19,385 bases of DNA, taken from contig CBDUYR010000052.1 of the NCBI GenBank assembly GCA_965371515.1, positions 1 through 19,385 of the forward strand, given 5' to 3'. The translations under genes and the position numbers were made by a program. Under the pieces are notes generated by a model, which worked only from the letters and a program-made list of their open reading frames with translations, was not told where the DNA came from and did not search any database. Source of the stretch: an uncultured bacterium. Lineage in GTDB: Bacteria > Krumholzibacteriota > Krumholzibacteriia > Krumholzibacteriales > Krumholzibacteriaceae. This document shows, piece by piece, positions 8,865 through 16,710 of the stretch (within the stretch, counting starts at the first letter, position 1; each line of letters opens with the position of its first letter).

Positions 8865-10322
8865 TTACCCACCAGTTTCGGCACCGACCTCTTCCCTGCC
8901 ACAGCCCACGCAGCCCGAGCCGGGCTTCGGGTACTCGCCGTTCCAGCAGTAGAGGCAGAGCTTCTCCTTCGGGAACCCGATAGCATCGACCATGTCCTCG
9001 ATCGTCTGGTAGCGCAGAGTCGTGACCTCGAGATCCCTGCATATCCAGTCGATCATCTTCTTGTATTTCTCCGTGGACGGATCGAGATACTCCGAGATGT
9101 CCTCGATGTCACTGCCCTCGAGAGCCCTTATCGCCCTGCGCGCGGCGAGCTCGCTGATATCGCGGGTAGAGAGGTTAAAACGGCAGGGGAACATCAGCGG
9201 CGGGCAGGCCGGACGGACATGGATTTCCTTCGCGCCCCCCGCCATCAGTTTCTTGACGGTGAAGTTCTTCAGCTGCGTCCCGCGTACGATCGAATCCTCG
9301 CAGATGATGATCCTGTTGCCGTCGATGATCGCCTTGTTCGGAACGAGCTTCATCTTCGCCACATGATCGCGCACGTCCTGCGAGGGCGGGATGTAGCTGC
9401 GGCCGTATCCCGGCGTGTACTTGACAAGCGGCCTCCTGTACGGCTTACCCGATTCCATCGCGTACCCGATCGCGTGCGAGGTTCCCGAGTCGGGAATGCC
9501 CGCGACTACATCGACCTCGATATCGCTGTCCCTGCGGGCCAGCGCCCTGCCCGACTTCTCTCGCACCGTCTCCACGTTGATACCCTCGTAGAACGAGGCA
9601 GGGAATCCTGTGTAGATCCAAAGGAAGGCGCAGATCTGCTGGTCGTCGTTTCCTTCCTTTTCCTGTTTGAGGCCACCGGGGCTGAGCAGCACGACCTCAC
9701 CGGGCCGGAGGAACTTCTTCAGATTGAAATCGAGGTTGGGAAATGCCGTCGTCTCTGTACTGACCGCCCAGCCGTCCTGGTTCTGGCCGACGGCAAGCGA
9801 GAAGTAGCCGAGCCTGTCGCGGGCGGCATATACCCCGTCGCCGTGGAGGATGAGCAGGCAGATCGAGCCGTCGATCCGGTCGAACATCTTCTCTATACCG
9901 TCGGGGATCGAGTCGCCCTTCGTGATCAGCTTCGCGACCAGTTCGGTGAAGTTGACGACGCCGTCGCCGACCTCGCTGAACGTCACGCCCTCTTCGAGAA
10001 GCTTCGCGGTGAGCGCGGGGGCATTGTCGAGGAACCCGTCGGTCACGATGCAGAACGGACCGAATTTTGAGTTGATATAGATCGGCTGCTCTTCGAAAGC
10101 GCTGATGACGCCGATTCCCATCCCGCCCTTCATAGCGAGCAGGTCCACGGCGAATTTCGACTTGAACTGATTGTTGCTGATATTGTGGATCTGCCTCTCG
10201 AAATCATCGCCGAGCACGGCGGCGCCGCCGAACTGTGTGCCGAGATGCGAGTGGTAGTCGGTTCCGTATAGAAGATACTCGCTGCATCTTTCACTGGCGA
10301 CAACGCCGAAGAGACCGCTCAT
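8865..10322 (-). CDS. purF: Amidophosphoribosyltransferase (variant without the catalytic N-terminal Cys)
   Basis: PRPP loop EDSIVRGT, IPDSG, GRSYIPP and AARDRLG; putative Fe-S cysteines (ICAF, FPCRF, LCLYC); GGAGG SD. Confidence 0.92.
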   Translation of the reverse strand: MSGLFGVVASERCSEYLLYGTDYHSHLGTQFGGAAVLGDDFERQIHNISNNQFKSKFAVDLLAMKGGMGIGVISAFEEQPIYINSKFGPFCIVTDGFLDNAPALTAKLLEEGVTFSEVGDGVVNFTELVAKLITKGDSIPDGIEKMFDRIDGSICLLILHGDGVYAARDRLGYFSLAVGQNQDGWAVSTETTAFPNLDFNLKKFLRPGEVVLLSPGGLKQEKEGNDDQQICAFLWIYTGFPASFYEGINVETVREKSGRALARRDSDIEVDVVAGIPDSGTSHAIGYAMESGKPYRRPLVKYTPGYGRSYIPPSQDVRDHVAKMKLVPNKAIIDGNRIIICEDSIVRGTQLKNFTVKKLMAGGAKEIHVRPACPPLMFPCRFNLSTRDISELAARRAIRALEGSDIEDISEYLDPSTEKYKKMIDWICRDLEVTTLRYQTIEDMVDAIGFPKEKLCLYCWNGEYPKPGSGCVGCGREEVGAETGG

Positions 10323-10374
10323 CTATGACCTCCATGGGTGGCTGGATACGATATGTAGCGACCGGAAAGAATGG

Positions 10375-10403
10375 AGTTTACAACGCACGCGGCAGATACT
10401 CAA
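10375..10403 (-). promoter_or_regulatory. Candidate sigma70 promoter for purF
   Basis: Minus strand TTGAGT-N17-TAAACT, about 50 nt upstream of the start. Confidence 0.5.
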
Positions 10404-10439
10404 CCCGTTTTTAGCGATTATGAGGGAGAATTCCGGGAA

Positions 10440-12440
10440 TCATTTCAAATGGAGCTCGAACCAGTCGACGACCCTCTCGATCATGTCGAGCTGGTGATGG
10501 ATCTCACGCAGCGAATGTCCCTCGCGGGGGTAGACGACCATCTCGCAATCGACGCCGGACTGCTTCAGCCCATTGTAGATCTCATACCCCTGCCCCACCG
10601 GGACACGGATATCGTCCTCGCCGTGGAGTACGAGCGTAGGTGTCTTGGCGCCGGTCACGTATTCCACCGGCGAATGGCTGCGGTAAACCTCCGCCCTCCT
10701 GTAGGCGGTCTCCCTGAAGTATTCCTCGAGAAAAGTCGGGGTGATATCGGTCGTGCCGTGGAAGCTGAAGAGATTCGTCACCGCGGCCCCCACCACGGCC
10801 GCCGAGAAGCGGGCCGTCTTCGTCACTGCCCAGGAGGTCATGAACCCGCCGTAGCTCCATCCCCCGATGCCGAGCCTGTCGCGGGAAGCATACTCCTCGT
10901 TGACGAGGAAGTCGGCGCCGGCGATCACATCCTCGTAGTCGCCGCCGCCCCAGTCGTCGAAATTCGCCCTCGCGAACCCGGAGCCGTATCCCATGCTGCC
11001 CCTCGGGTTGGGCAGGAGGACCACGAAGCCGCGGCTGGCCAGCGGAATCGCCCAGTCGTGCCAGCTGCCGTGCCACCCTAACCACCAGGCCCACATCGGG
11101 CCTCCGTGCACGCTGATCACGGCGGGGAAGGTCCCATCTTTTTTGAAATTTTTCGGCAGCCAGAGCACACCCTCTATCTCGGTCCCATCGCGGCTCTTCC
11201 ACCTTACGACCTTCGCCTCGGGGAGTTCCTTCTCCTCGAGCCAGCGGTGAACGTGTGTAAGTTGGTCGCTGCCGCTGAACAGGCCCCTCTCCCACAACCA
11301 GATCTCGGGAGGCGATTTCGTGCTGCCCTTGAGGAAGACTATCCTCGAACCGTCGCGCGATATGCCGAACGATTTCCTAAGGTAGTAGGGGATCTCCAGC
11401 TCCTCGATGCGCTCAACCTTCGAGTCGCTGACCGAGACGGTGGCAAGCTCTCCCCTCACCCCGTTGAGGTTGATCACGAGGAGTTTGTCGCTCTCCGGCA
11501 TCCAGCCTGGATTGACGAGGGTCCCCCCGTGCCTCTCGCCGATGAGCCTGAGATCTTTCCCGTCCGGATCGATCACCGCCACGACACCGGCCGGCAGCGT
11601 CATCCCCTTGTGCCGCAGCCTGTACATGAATGCGATCCGTTTCCCGTCGTGTGACCAGGATGGTGAGCCGGACGCGTTGTCCGTGAGCAGCGTGATGCCT
11701 CGGTCGGAGAGATCGATCACCTCCAGCCTCGAATTAAAGTACGTCTCGTTGCTGCCCGAAGCGTCGGCCGTGATCATCGCCACGGCATTCCCTGCGGGGG
11801 ACCAGCAGACCGATGAGACATGAAAACTTTCGGGCGTGACAGGGGTCCCCTCCCCCGTTCCGGTGTCTATTATCCACAGGCGATGCACGCGCCTGTCTTC
11901 TCCGATCACTTTCCAGTCCCTGCCGTCGGAGCGGGCCTTCTTCTTCTCCTCAGTGTCGCCCCTGCGGGCGGTCACCGCGATCCTCGATCCATCGGGGCTG
12001 AGCACGAACGAAGCAGCGCCTCCTTTGAGGGTAGTCACCTGTTCGGCCTCACCACCGGAGGAGGCGATCCTCCATACCTGGGTCTTGTCCTTCTCCCCCC
12101 TGTCGGAGAGAAAGTAGAGGTATCTGTCATCAAAAGACCATGCCGGCGACGTCTCTCGCGAATCGCTGAACGCGAACGGCCGGGGATGGTCCCTGTCCTC
12201 GAGATCGATCACCCAGATGTCGGGATTGCCGGTCTTCTGATCCTTCAGCGTATCTGCAGGCTCTTCGACGACGTACGCGACATACCTGCCGCCGGGCGAT
12301 ATGGCCGGTGACGACACCCGGTGCAGCCTGAAGATGTCTTCTATAGTAAACGGCTCTTTCGCGCCCGCCGCCGCAGCCGCCGCGAGCAACACGACCGCCA
12401 GCAGGCAGGCATACGCCGCCCTCGATATCTTTATCTTCAT
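10440..12440 (-). CDS. Secreted S9 family peptidase with beta-propeller
   Basis: HGGP, NPRGSMGYG, GWSYGG, HGEDDIRV and REGH catalytic motifs; signal peptide ending in an Ala-rich stretch; GGAGG SD. Confidence 0.93.
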   Translation of the reverse strand: MKIKISRAAYACLLAVVLLAAAAAAGAKEPFTIEDIFRLHRVSSPAISPGGRYVAYVVEEPADTLKDQKTGNPDIWVIDLEDRDHPRPFAFSDSRETSPAWSFDDRYLYFLSDRGEKDKTQVWRIASSGGEAEQVTTLKGGAASFVLSPDGSRIAVTARRGDTEEKKKARSDGRDWKVIGEDRRVHRLWIIDTGTGEGTPVTPESFHVSSVCWSPAGNAVAMITADASGSNETYFNSRLEVIDLSDRGITLLTDNASGSPSWSHDGKRIAFMYRLRHKGMTLPAGVVAVIDPDGKDLRLIGERHGGTLVNPGWMPESDKLLVINLNGVRGELATVSVSDSKVERIEELEIPYYLRKSFGISRDGSRIVFLKGSTKSPPEIWLWERGLFSGSDQLTHVHRWLEEKELPEAKVVRWKSRDGTEIEGVLWLPKNFKKDGTFPAVISVHGGPMWAWWLGWHGSWHDWAIPLASRGFVVLLPNPRGSMGYGSGFARANFDDWGGGDYEDVIAGADFLVNEEYASRDRLGIGGWSYGGFMTSWAVTKTARFSAAVVGAAVTNLFSFHGTTDITPTFLEEYFRETAYRRAEVYRSHSPVEYVTGAKTPTLVLHGEDDIRVPVGQGYEIYNGLKQSGVDCEMVVYPREGHSLREIHHQLDMIERVVDWFELHLK

Positions 12441-12635
12441 ATTTCCTCCATGATTCCAGACTCAACGCACAGGATACCAGAATAGTCACCGCTGGCAAGC
12501 AGGCAATTGAGACGATTTATAGCCCCGAAATGCCGGCTTGGGCCTGTCCGGCTAAATTTACGCTTGAATACCTGACAGATTATGTTAGTTTTTCGGTAGA
12601 TTGTAATCATTATGGCTATGCTTCGGGAGGCTACC

Positions 12636-13283
12636 TTGAGATCTACTTCAATAATGACTGTTGTCGCTTTGATCTGCGTATTCCTGTGCGTCAATTCTTC
12701 GACCGGACTGGCTCAGGACCTGATCCACACGTTCAGGGCCGACAGCACGATGGATGGAAACGCGGGAACGATATTCAGGATCCTCGAGCCCGGCGAGCCC
12801 GGCCAGGATATCTTTATCTTCGAGGAGGACGGAAAGTACCGTATCTACGCTCTCCGTGTGGATGGCTCCGTGTGGACAGTTCTTTCTGCGGGGATGTATT
12901 ACAGCCCGGTTTCGTCAATGACGATCGGCGAGACATGGAGATTTATAGACCAGAATGACCTGGTGGATGAATCGCTGGCGACGGTCGTCGCTCAGGAGGA
13001 TGTCACGACAGCGGCGGGCACCTTCTCCTGCTACAGGATCGACATTACTCTTGTCTCGGATCCCGGTGTGGTCGTTCAGACAAATTGGCTCTCAAACGGA
13101 ACGGGGCTTATCAGAGAGTCCTACTTTGAGGGAAACGGTTACTGGGTCTCGGATCTGTCAGCCTACTCGGCCACAGGGACAGGTTTCATGCCCCGGGTCG
13201 CCGGAAACTGGTGGAGCTATGCGGGCCATCAGGTTTCCACGCAGGAGACAAGCTGGGGAGCGATCAAAAAGCAATCCCGGTAA
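12636..13283 (+). CDS. Secreted hypothetical protein, DUF3108/TapB-like beta domain, C-terminal SWGAIK tail
   Basis: GGGAGG (12625-12630) lies 5 nt before an in-frame TTG at 12636; ATG 12612 or 12618 are alternatives. Signal peptide ...STGLA|QD. EDVTTAAGTFSCYRI and WLSNGTGLIR resemble DUF3108/TapB-like motifs (recalled, not searched). Confidence 0.7.
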   Translation: MRSTSIMTVVALICVFLCVNSSTGLAQDLIHTFRADSTMDGNAGTIFRILEPGEPGQDIFIFEEDGKYRIYALRVDGSVWTVLSAGMYYSPVSSMTIGETWRFIDQNDLVDESLATVVAQEDVTTAAGTFSCYRIDITLVSDPGVVVQTNWLSNGTGLIRESYFEGNGYWVSDLSAYSATGTGFMPRVAGNWWSYAGHQVSTQETSWGAIKKQSR

Positions 13284-13302
13284 AAATACAAGTATCTGCG
13301 AA

Positions 13303-13362
13303 TGAACTTTTTATTGCCCCGAAGAGGCACCATGAGCTCTTCAGGGCGTCGTTTGTAGTTCA
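13303..13362. terminator. Imperfect hairpin between convergent genes
   Basis: GCCC-C-GAAGAG (13316-13326) pairs with CTCTTC-A-GGGC (13337-13347); outer TGAACT/AGTTCA pairing. Confidence 0.45.
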
Positions 13363-13384
13363 AGCCCTATCTGGGGAGGTGAAC

Positions 13385-15190
13385 TCAGCGTTCACACTGA
13401 CGATATACAACCTGAAGACCGAAATATCTATCCGTCACATAGGCGTAGTCTCCCGATACGGCCACGCCATAGGCGAAGGCTGGTGTGTCGACAGACCCCA
13501 CGATCACAGGCGATCCGGGCGTGCTTATATCAATTACCTGAAGACCGGAATATCTATCCGTCACATAGGCGTAGTCTCCCGATACGGCCACATTCAAGGC
13601 CCAACCTGGCGTATCAGCAAATCCCACGAGCGACGGCGATTCAGGCGTGCTAACATCTATTATCTGAAGACCGGAACTCTCATCAGCTACATAGGCGTAG
13701 TCTCCCGATACGGCCACACCCCGGGCATAACCCGGTGTGCCAACAGATCCCGCGATCTCAGGTGATCCGGGCGTGCTTATATCTATTGCCTGAAGACCGG
13801 AACCGTAATCCGCTACATAGGCGTAGTCTCCCGATACGGCCACATTAAAAGCCAAGCCTGGTGTGTCGACAGACCCCACGATCACAGGCGATCCGGGCAT
13901 GCTTATATCTATTATCTGAAGACCGGAACGCTCATCCGCCACATAGGCGTAGTCTCCCGATACGACCACGCCATAGGCAAAGCCTGGTGTATCGACAGAC
14001 CCCGCGATCACAGACGATCCGGACGTGCTTATATATATTGCCTGAAGACCGGAACTGCCATCCGCTACATAGGCGTAGTCTCCCGAGACGGTCACTCCAT
14101 AGGCAAGGCCCGGTGTATTGACAGATCCGGCGATTGGCGGTGACTCAGGTGTACCTATATCTATTACCTGAAGACCGGAACTGCCATCCGCTACATAGAC
14201 GTAGTCTCCCGAGACGGCCACATTAAAAGCCCAGTCTGGTGTGTCGACAGACCCCGTGATCACAGGCGATCCGGGCGTGCTTATATCTATTACCTGAAGA
14301 CCGGAACCGAAATCCGCTACATAGGCGTAATCTCCCGAGACGGCCACACCCTGGGCGATGTCCGGTGTGCCGATAGATCCCGCGATCACAGGCGATCCTG
14401 GCGTGCATATATCTATTACCTGAAGACCGGAACTGCCATCCGCCACATAGGCATAGTCTCCCGAGACGGCCACATTAAAAGCCAAGCCTGGTGTGTCGAC
14501 AGACCCCACGATCACAGGCGATCCGGGCATGCTTATATCTATTGCCTGAAGACCGGAACCGTAATCCGCCACATAGGCATAGTCTCCCGAGACGGCCACA
14601 CCCCGGGCATAGCCCGGTGTGTCGACAGATCCCGCGATCACAGGCGATCCTGGCGTGCTTATATCTATTACCTGAAGACCGGAACTGCCATCCGCCACAT
14701 AGGCGTAGTCTCCCGAGACGGCCACACCCCGGGCATAGCCCGGTGTGTCGACAGATCCCACGATCACAGGCGATCCGGGCGTGCTTATATCTATTACCTG
14801 AAGACCGGAACTGCCATCCGCCACATAAGCGTAATCTCCCGAGACGGCCACACCCCAGGCGATGTCCGGTGTGCCAACAGATCCCGCAATTACAGACGAT
14901 CCGGGCGTGCTTATATCTATTACCTGAAGACCGGAACTGCCATCCGCTACATAGGCGTAATCTCCCGATACGGCCACACCCTGGGCGATGTCCGGTGTGC
15001 CAACAGATCTCGCGATGTGCAAATAATCCTCATAGTCGATGCAATCGCTGTCACCTGCGGGAGGACAGACCGGGTTCGATTCATCGCTGCACGAAATCGG
15101 CATAAAGCATAAGAGAGCTGTTCCAAGCAAGCATATGGATAATCTTGATAACAGCCCATCAGCAGACAATCGATTATCTTCAGAATTCAT
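13385..15190 (-). CDS. LVIVD-repeat beta-propeller surface protein, possible lipoprotein
   Basis: Thirteen 42-aa units (GSVDTPGxAxxVAVSGDYAYVADxxSGLQVIDISTPGSPVIx), the last truncated. Hydrophobic leader ending ISC; GAGGGGG SD. Confidence 0.9.
   Translation of the reverse strand: MNSEDNRLSADGLLSRLSICLLGTALLCFMPISCSDESNPVCPPAGDSDCIDYEDYLHIARSVGTPDIAQGVAVSGDYAYVADGSSGLQVIDISTPGSSVIAGSVGTPDIAWGVAVSGDYAYVADGSSGLQVIDISTPGSPVIVGSVDTPGYARGVAVSGDYAYVADGSSGLQVIDISTPGSPVIAGSVDTPGYARGVAVSGDYAYVADYGSGLQAIDISMPGSPVIVGSVDTPGLAFNVAVSGDYAYVADGSSGLQVIDICTPGSPVIAGSIGTPDIAQGVAVSGDYAYVADFGSGLQVIDISTPGSPVITGSVDTPDWAFNVAVSGDYVYVADGSSGLQVIDIGTPESPPIAGSVNTPGLAYGVTVSGDYAYVADGSSGLQAIYISTSGSSVIAGSVDTPGFAYGVVVSGDYAYVADERSGLQIIDISMPGSPVIVGSVDTPGLAFNVAVSGDYAYVADYGSGLQAIDISTPGSPEIAGSVGTPGYARGVAVSGDYAYVADESSGLQIIDVSTPESPSLVGFADTPGWALNVAVSGDYAYVTDRYSGLQVIDISTPGSPVIVGSVDTPAFAYGVAVSGDYAYVTDRYFGLQVVYRQCER
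13400..15010 (-). repeat. Coding tandem repeat, 13 units of 126 bp
   Basis: CTGAAGACCG recurs every 126 nt (e.g. 13412, 13538); the units are highly similar at the DNA level. Confidence 0.95.
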
Positions 15191-15385
15191 AATTATGCCC
15201 CCTCAGAATGTGTCATATGATGAAAATGCATTTTAACACAGTTTGAATTGTGAATGGGAAAATATTGCTGCTTAATTGTTTGAAATGAAGTTGTTGGCAA
15301 GAATGGTTTTTATTACATGTTTTGTTTCCTTTACGAACTACAATTATTGTGGTGAGAAAAAAGATAAATAACCTGATTCGGCTCT

Positions 15386-15409
15386 AAAGTTGTCCACTAT
15401 GGGGAGCCA
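15386..15409 (+). repeat. Direct repeat copy 1 (AAAGTTGTCCACTATGGGGAGCCA), att-like
   Basis: 23/24 identical to 16637-16660. Confidence 0.9.
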
Positions 15410-15456
15410 TTGATTTTATACTGCGTATCCAGCTGACATAACTCAAATTATAACCG

Positions 15457-15495
15457 TTGACCATCTGACATCTCTTGTTACACTGGTAACCAGTG
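15457..15495 (+). promoter_or_regulatory. Candidate sigma70 promoter with overlapping inverted repeat
   Basis: TTGACC-N16-TACACT with an extended -10 TG; CACTGGT-A-ACCAGTG (15481-15495) overlaps the -10/+1 region. Confidence 0.5.
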
Positions 15496-15565
15496 CGGTA
15501 AACCCTTTTCTATTTCATACGATTTTCTGCTGGTTAGAGAACCAGATAACAAAAGGAGAGAACTG

Positions 15566-16597
15566 ATGAGTATGTCAAAATGTAGTAATTTCGTGTTGGC
15601 AATGTTTCTGATAGTGTTCGTCTCCACGCCTTCCCTGGGCCTGGTCGCGGCTGGTGGGGAGGAGCCGGTCACGCTGGCGACTTTTGTGCGCGCTGAGACC
15701 GATGCCGCGATCAAAGTGATCCATGACCAGGGCGGCTTTGGCGTTCTGAACCATAACAGGGTGCTGACTCCGCTCGATCAACAGTTCGTGATCAGGATGA
15801 ACCGCGACACGCTTTACTCCACAGCTGTTCTCGACCTGAGCAGCCCTGCGGCAGTCACATTGCCGGAGGCCGACGGCCGCTACATGAGCCTTCACGTCAT
15901 CAACCAGGATCATTTCAGTTATGCGGTATCCGAACCTGGCCGCTATGAACTCACCGAGGACGCTGTCGGCAGTCGGTACGTATACCTGATCGTTCGCACA
16001 TTCATTGATGCCGATGACCCCGAAGACATCAAGGCAGCCAATACGATGCAGGACGCTATATTAATCGAGGGTGGTGGGGATGGGCCGCTCGATATTCCGG
16101 ACTGGAACGAGAAACAGCGTCTGACTGCAAGGCAGGCGCTGAACACGCTGGCCAAGCTCGGCATGAATGCCACACGGGCATTCGGCACGAAGGAAGAAAT
16201 ATATCCGATCGATCATCTGGTCGGGGCGGCAGCCGGCTGGGGCGGTCTGCCGCAGAAGAATGCGTTCTACGAGTTAGCTTCAGTGACCAGGAACGATGGC
16301 ACGCCACATTCGGTCACGGTGAAGGACGTGCCTGTCGACGCGTTCTGGTCGGTGACAGTATACAATGCCGACGGTTTTATCGATGAGAATGAGCTGGGCG
16401 TTTACAGTTTCAATAACGTCACGGCCAACCCGAACGACGACGGATCCATTACGATCCATTTCGGCGACTGTGACGGTGGTCGTGTGAACTGCCTGCCGAT
16501 CTCAGAGGGTTGGAACTATGCCGTGCGCATGTACGCGCCGCGCCCGGAGATCCTTGACGGATCCTGGACCTTTCCGGAAATAAAGCCGGTCCGGTGA
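15566..16597 (+). CDS. Exported DUF1254/DUF1214 domain protein
   Basis: IRMNRDTLYS, GRYMSLHVINQDH, AAGWGGLP, AFWSVTVYN, GWNYAVRMYAPR...GSWTFP; signal peptide; AAGGAG SD. Confidence 0.88.
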   Translation: MSMSKCSNFVLAMFLIVFVSTPSLGLVAAGGEEPVTLATFVRAETDAAIKVIHDQGGFGVLNHNRVLTPLDQQFVIRMNRDTLYSTAVLDLSSPAAVTLPEADGRYMSLHVINQDHFSYAVSEPGRYELTEDAVGSRYVYLIVRTFIDADDPEDIKAANTMQDAILIEGGGDGPLDIPDWNEKQRLTARQALNTLAKLGMNATRAFGTKEEIYPIDHLVGAAAGWGGLPQKNAFYELASVTRNDGTPHSVTVKDVPVDAFWSVTVYNADGFIDENELGVYSFNNVTANPNDDGSITIHFGDCDGGRVNCLPISEGWNYAVRMYAPRPEILDGSWTFPEIKPVR

Positions 16598-16636
16598 ATT
16601 TTGTCTGGGGAACTCTGCCTATGCACAGAGAGTTCC

Positions 16637-16660
16637 AAAGCTGTCCACTATGGGGAGCCA
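16637..16660 (+). repeat. Direct repeat copy 2 (AAAGCTGTCCACTATGGGGAGCCA), att-like
   Basis: 23/24 identical to 15386-15409. Confidence 0.9.
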
Positions 16661-16710
16661 GATTATTTAGGCTGGGAACTGGGAATCCGTTAACCTGCTG
16701 CCGGGGAATT

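Noticed and set aside
5863..12440. Recent duplication of the two S9 peptidases flanking macro/purF
   Set aside because: They share family motifs only, and no extended nucleotide identity was seen, so they appear to be old paralogs.
13301..13364. Integron attC site (AAC...GTT-bounded hairpins here and at 5798-5861)
   Set aside because: The ends do not fit RYYYAAC/GTTRRRY, the flanking genes are convergent, and no integron integrase is present.
13400..15010. CRISPR array or DGR explanation for the periodic repeats
   Set aside because: The units are in-frame 126-bp coding repeats similar along their whole length, with no unique spacers or cas genes. Variation is not adenine-specific and no reverse transcriptase is present in the window.
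15386..16660. Intact tRNA genes at the GGGGAGCCA motifs
   Set aside because: The upstream sequence lacks a GTTCRA T-loop at the right spacing and cannot form a cloverleaf; only the 3'-end-like core is present.
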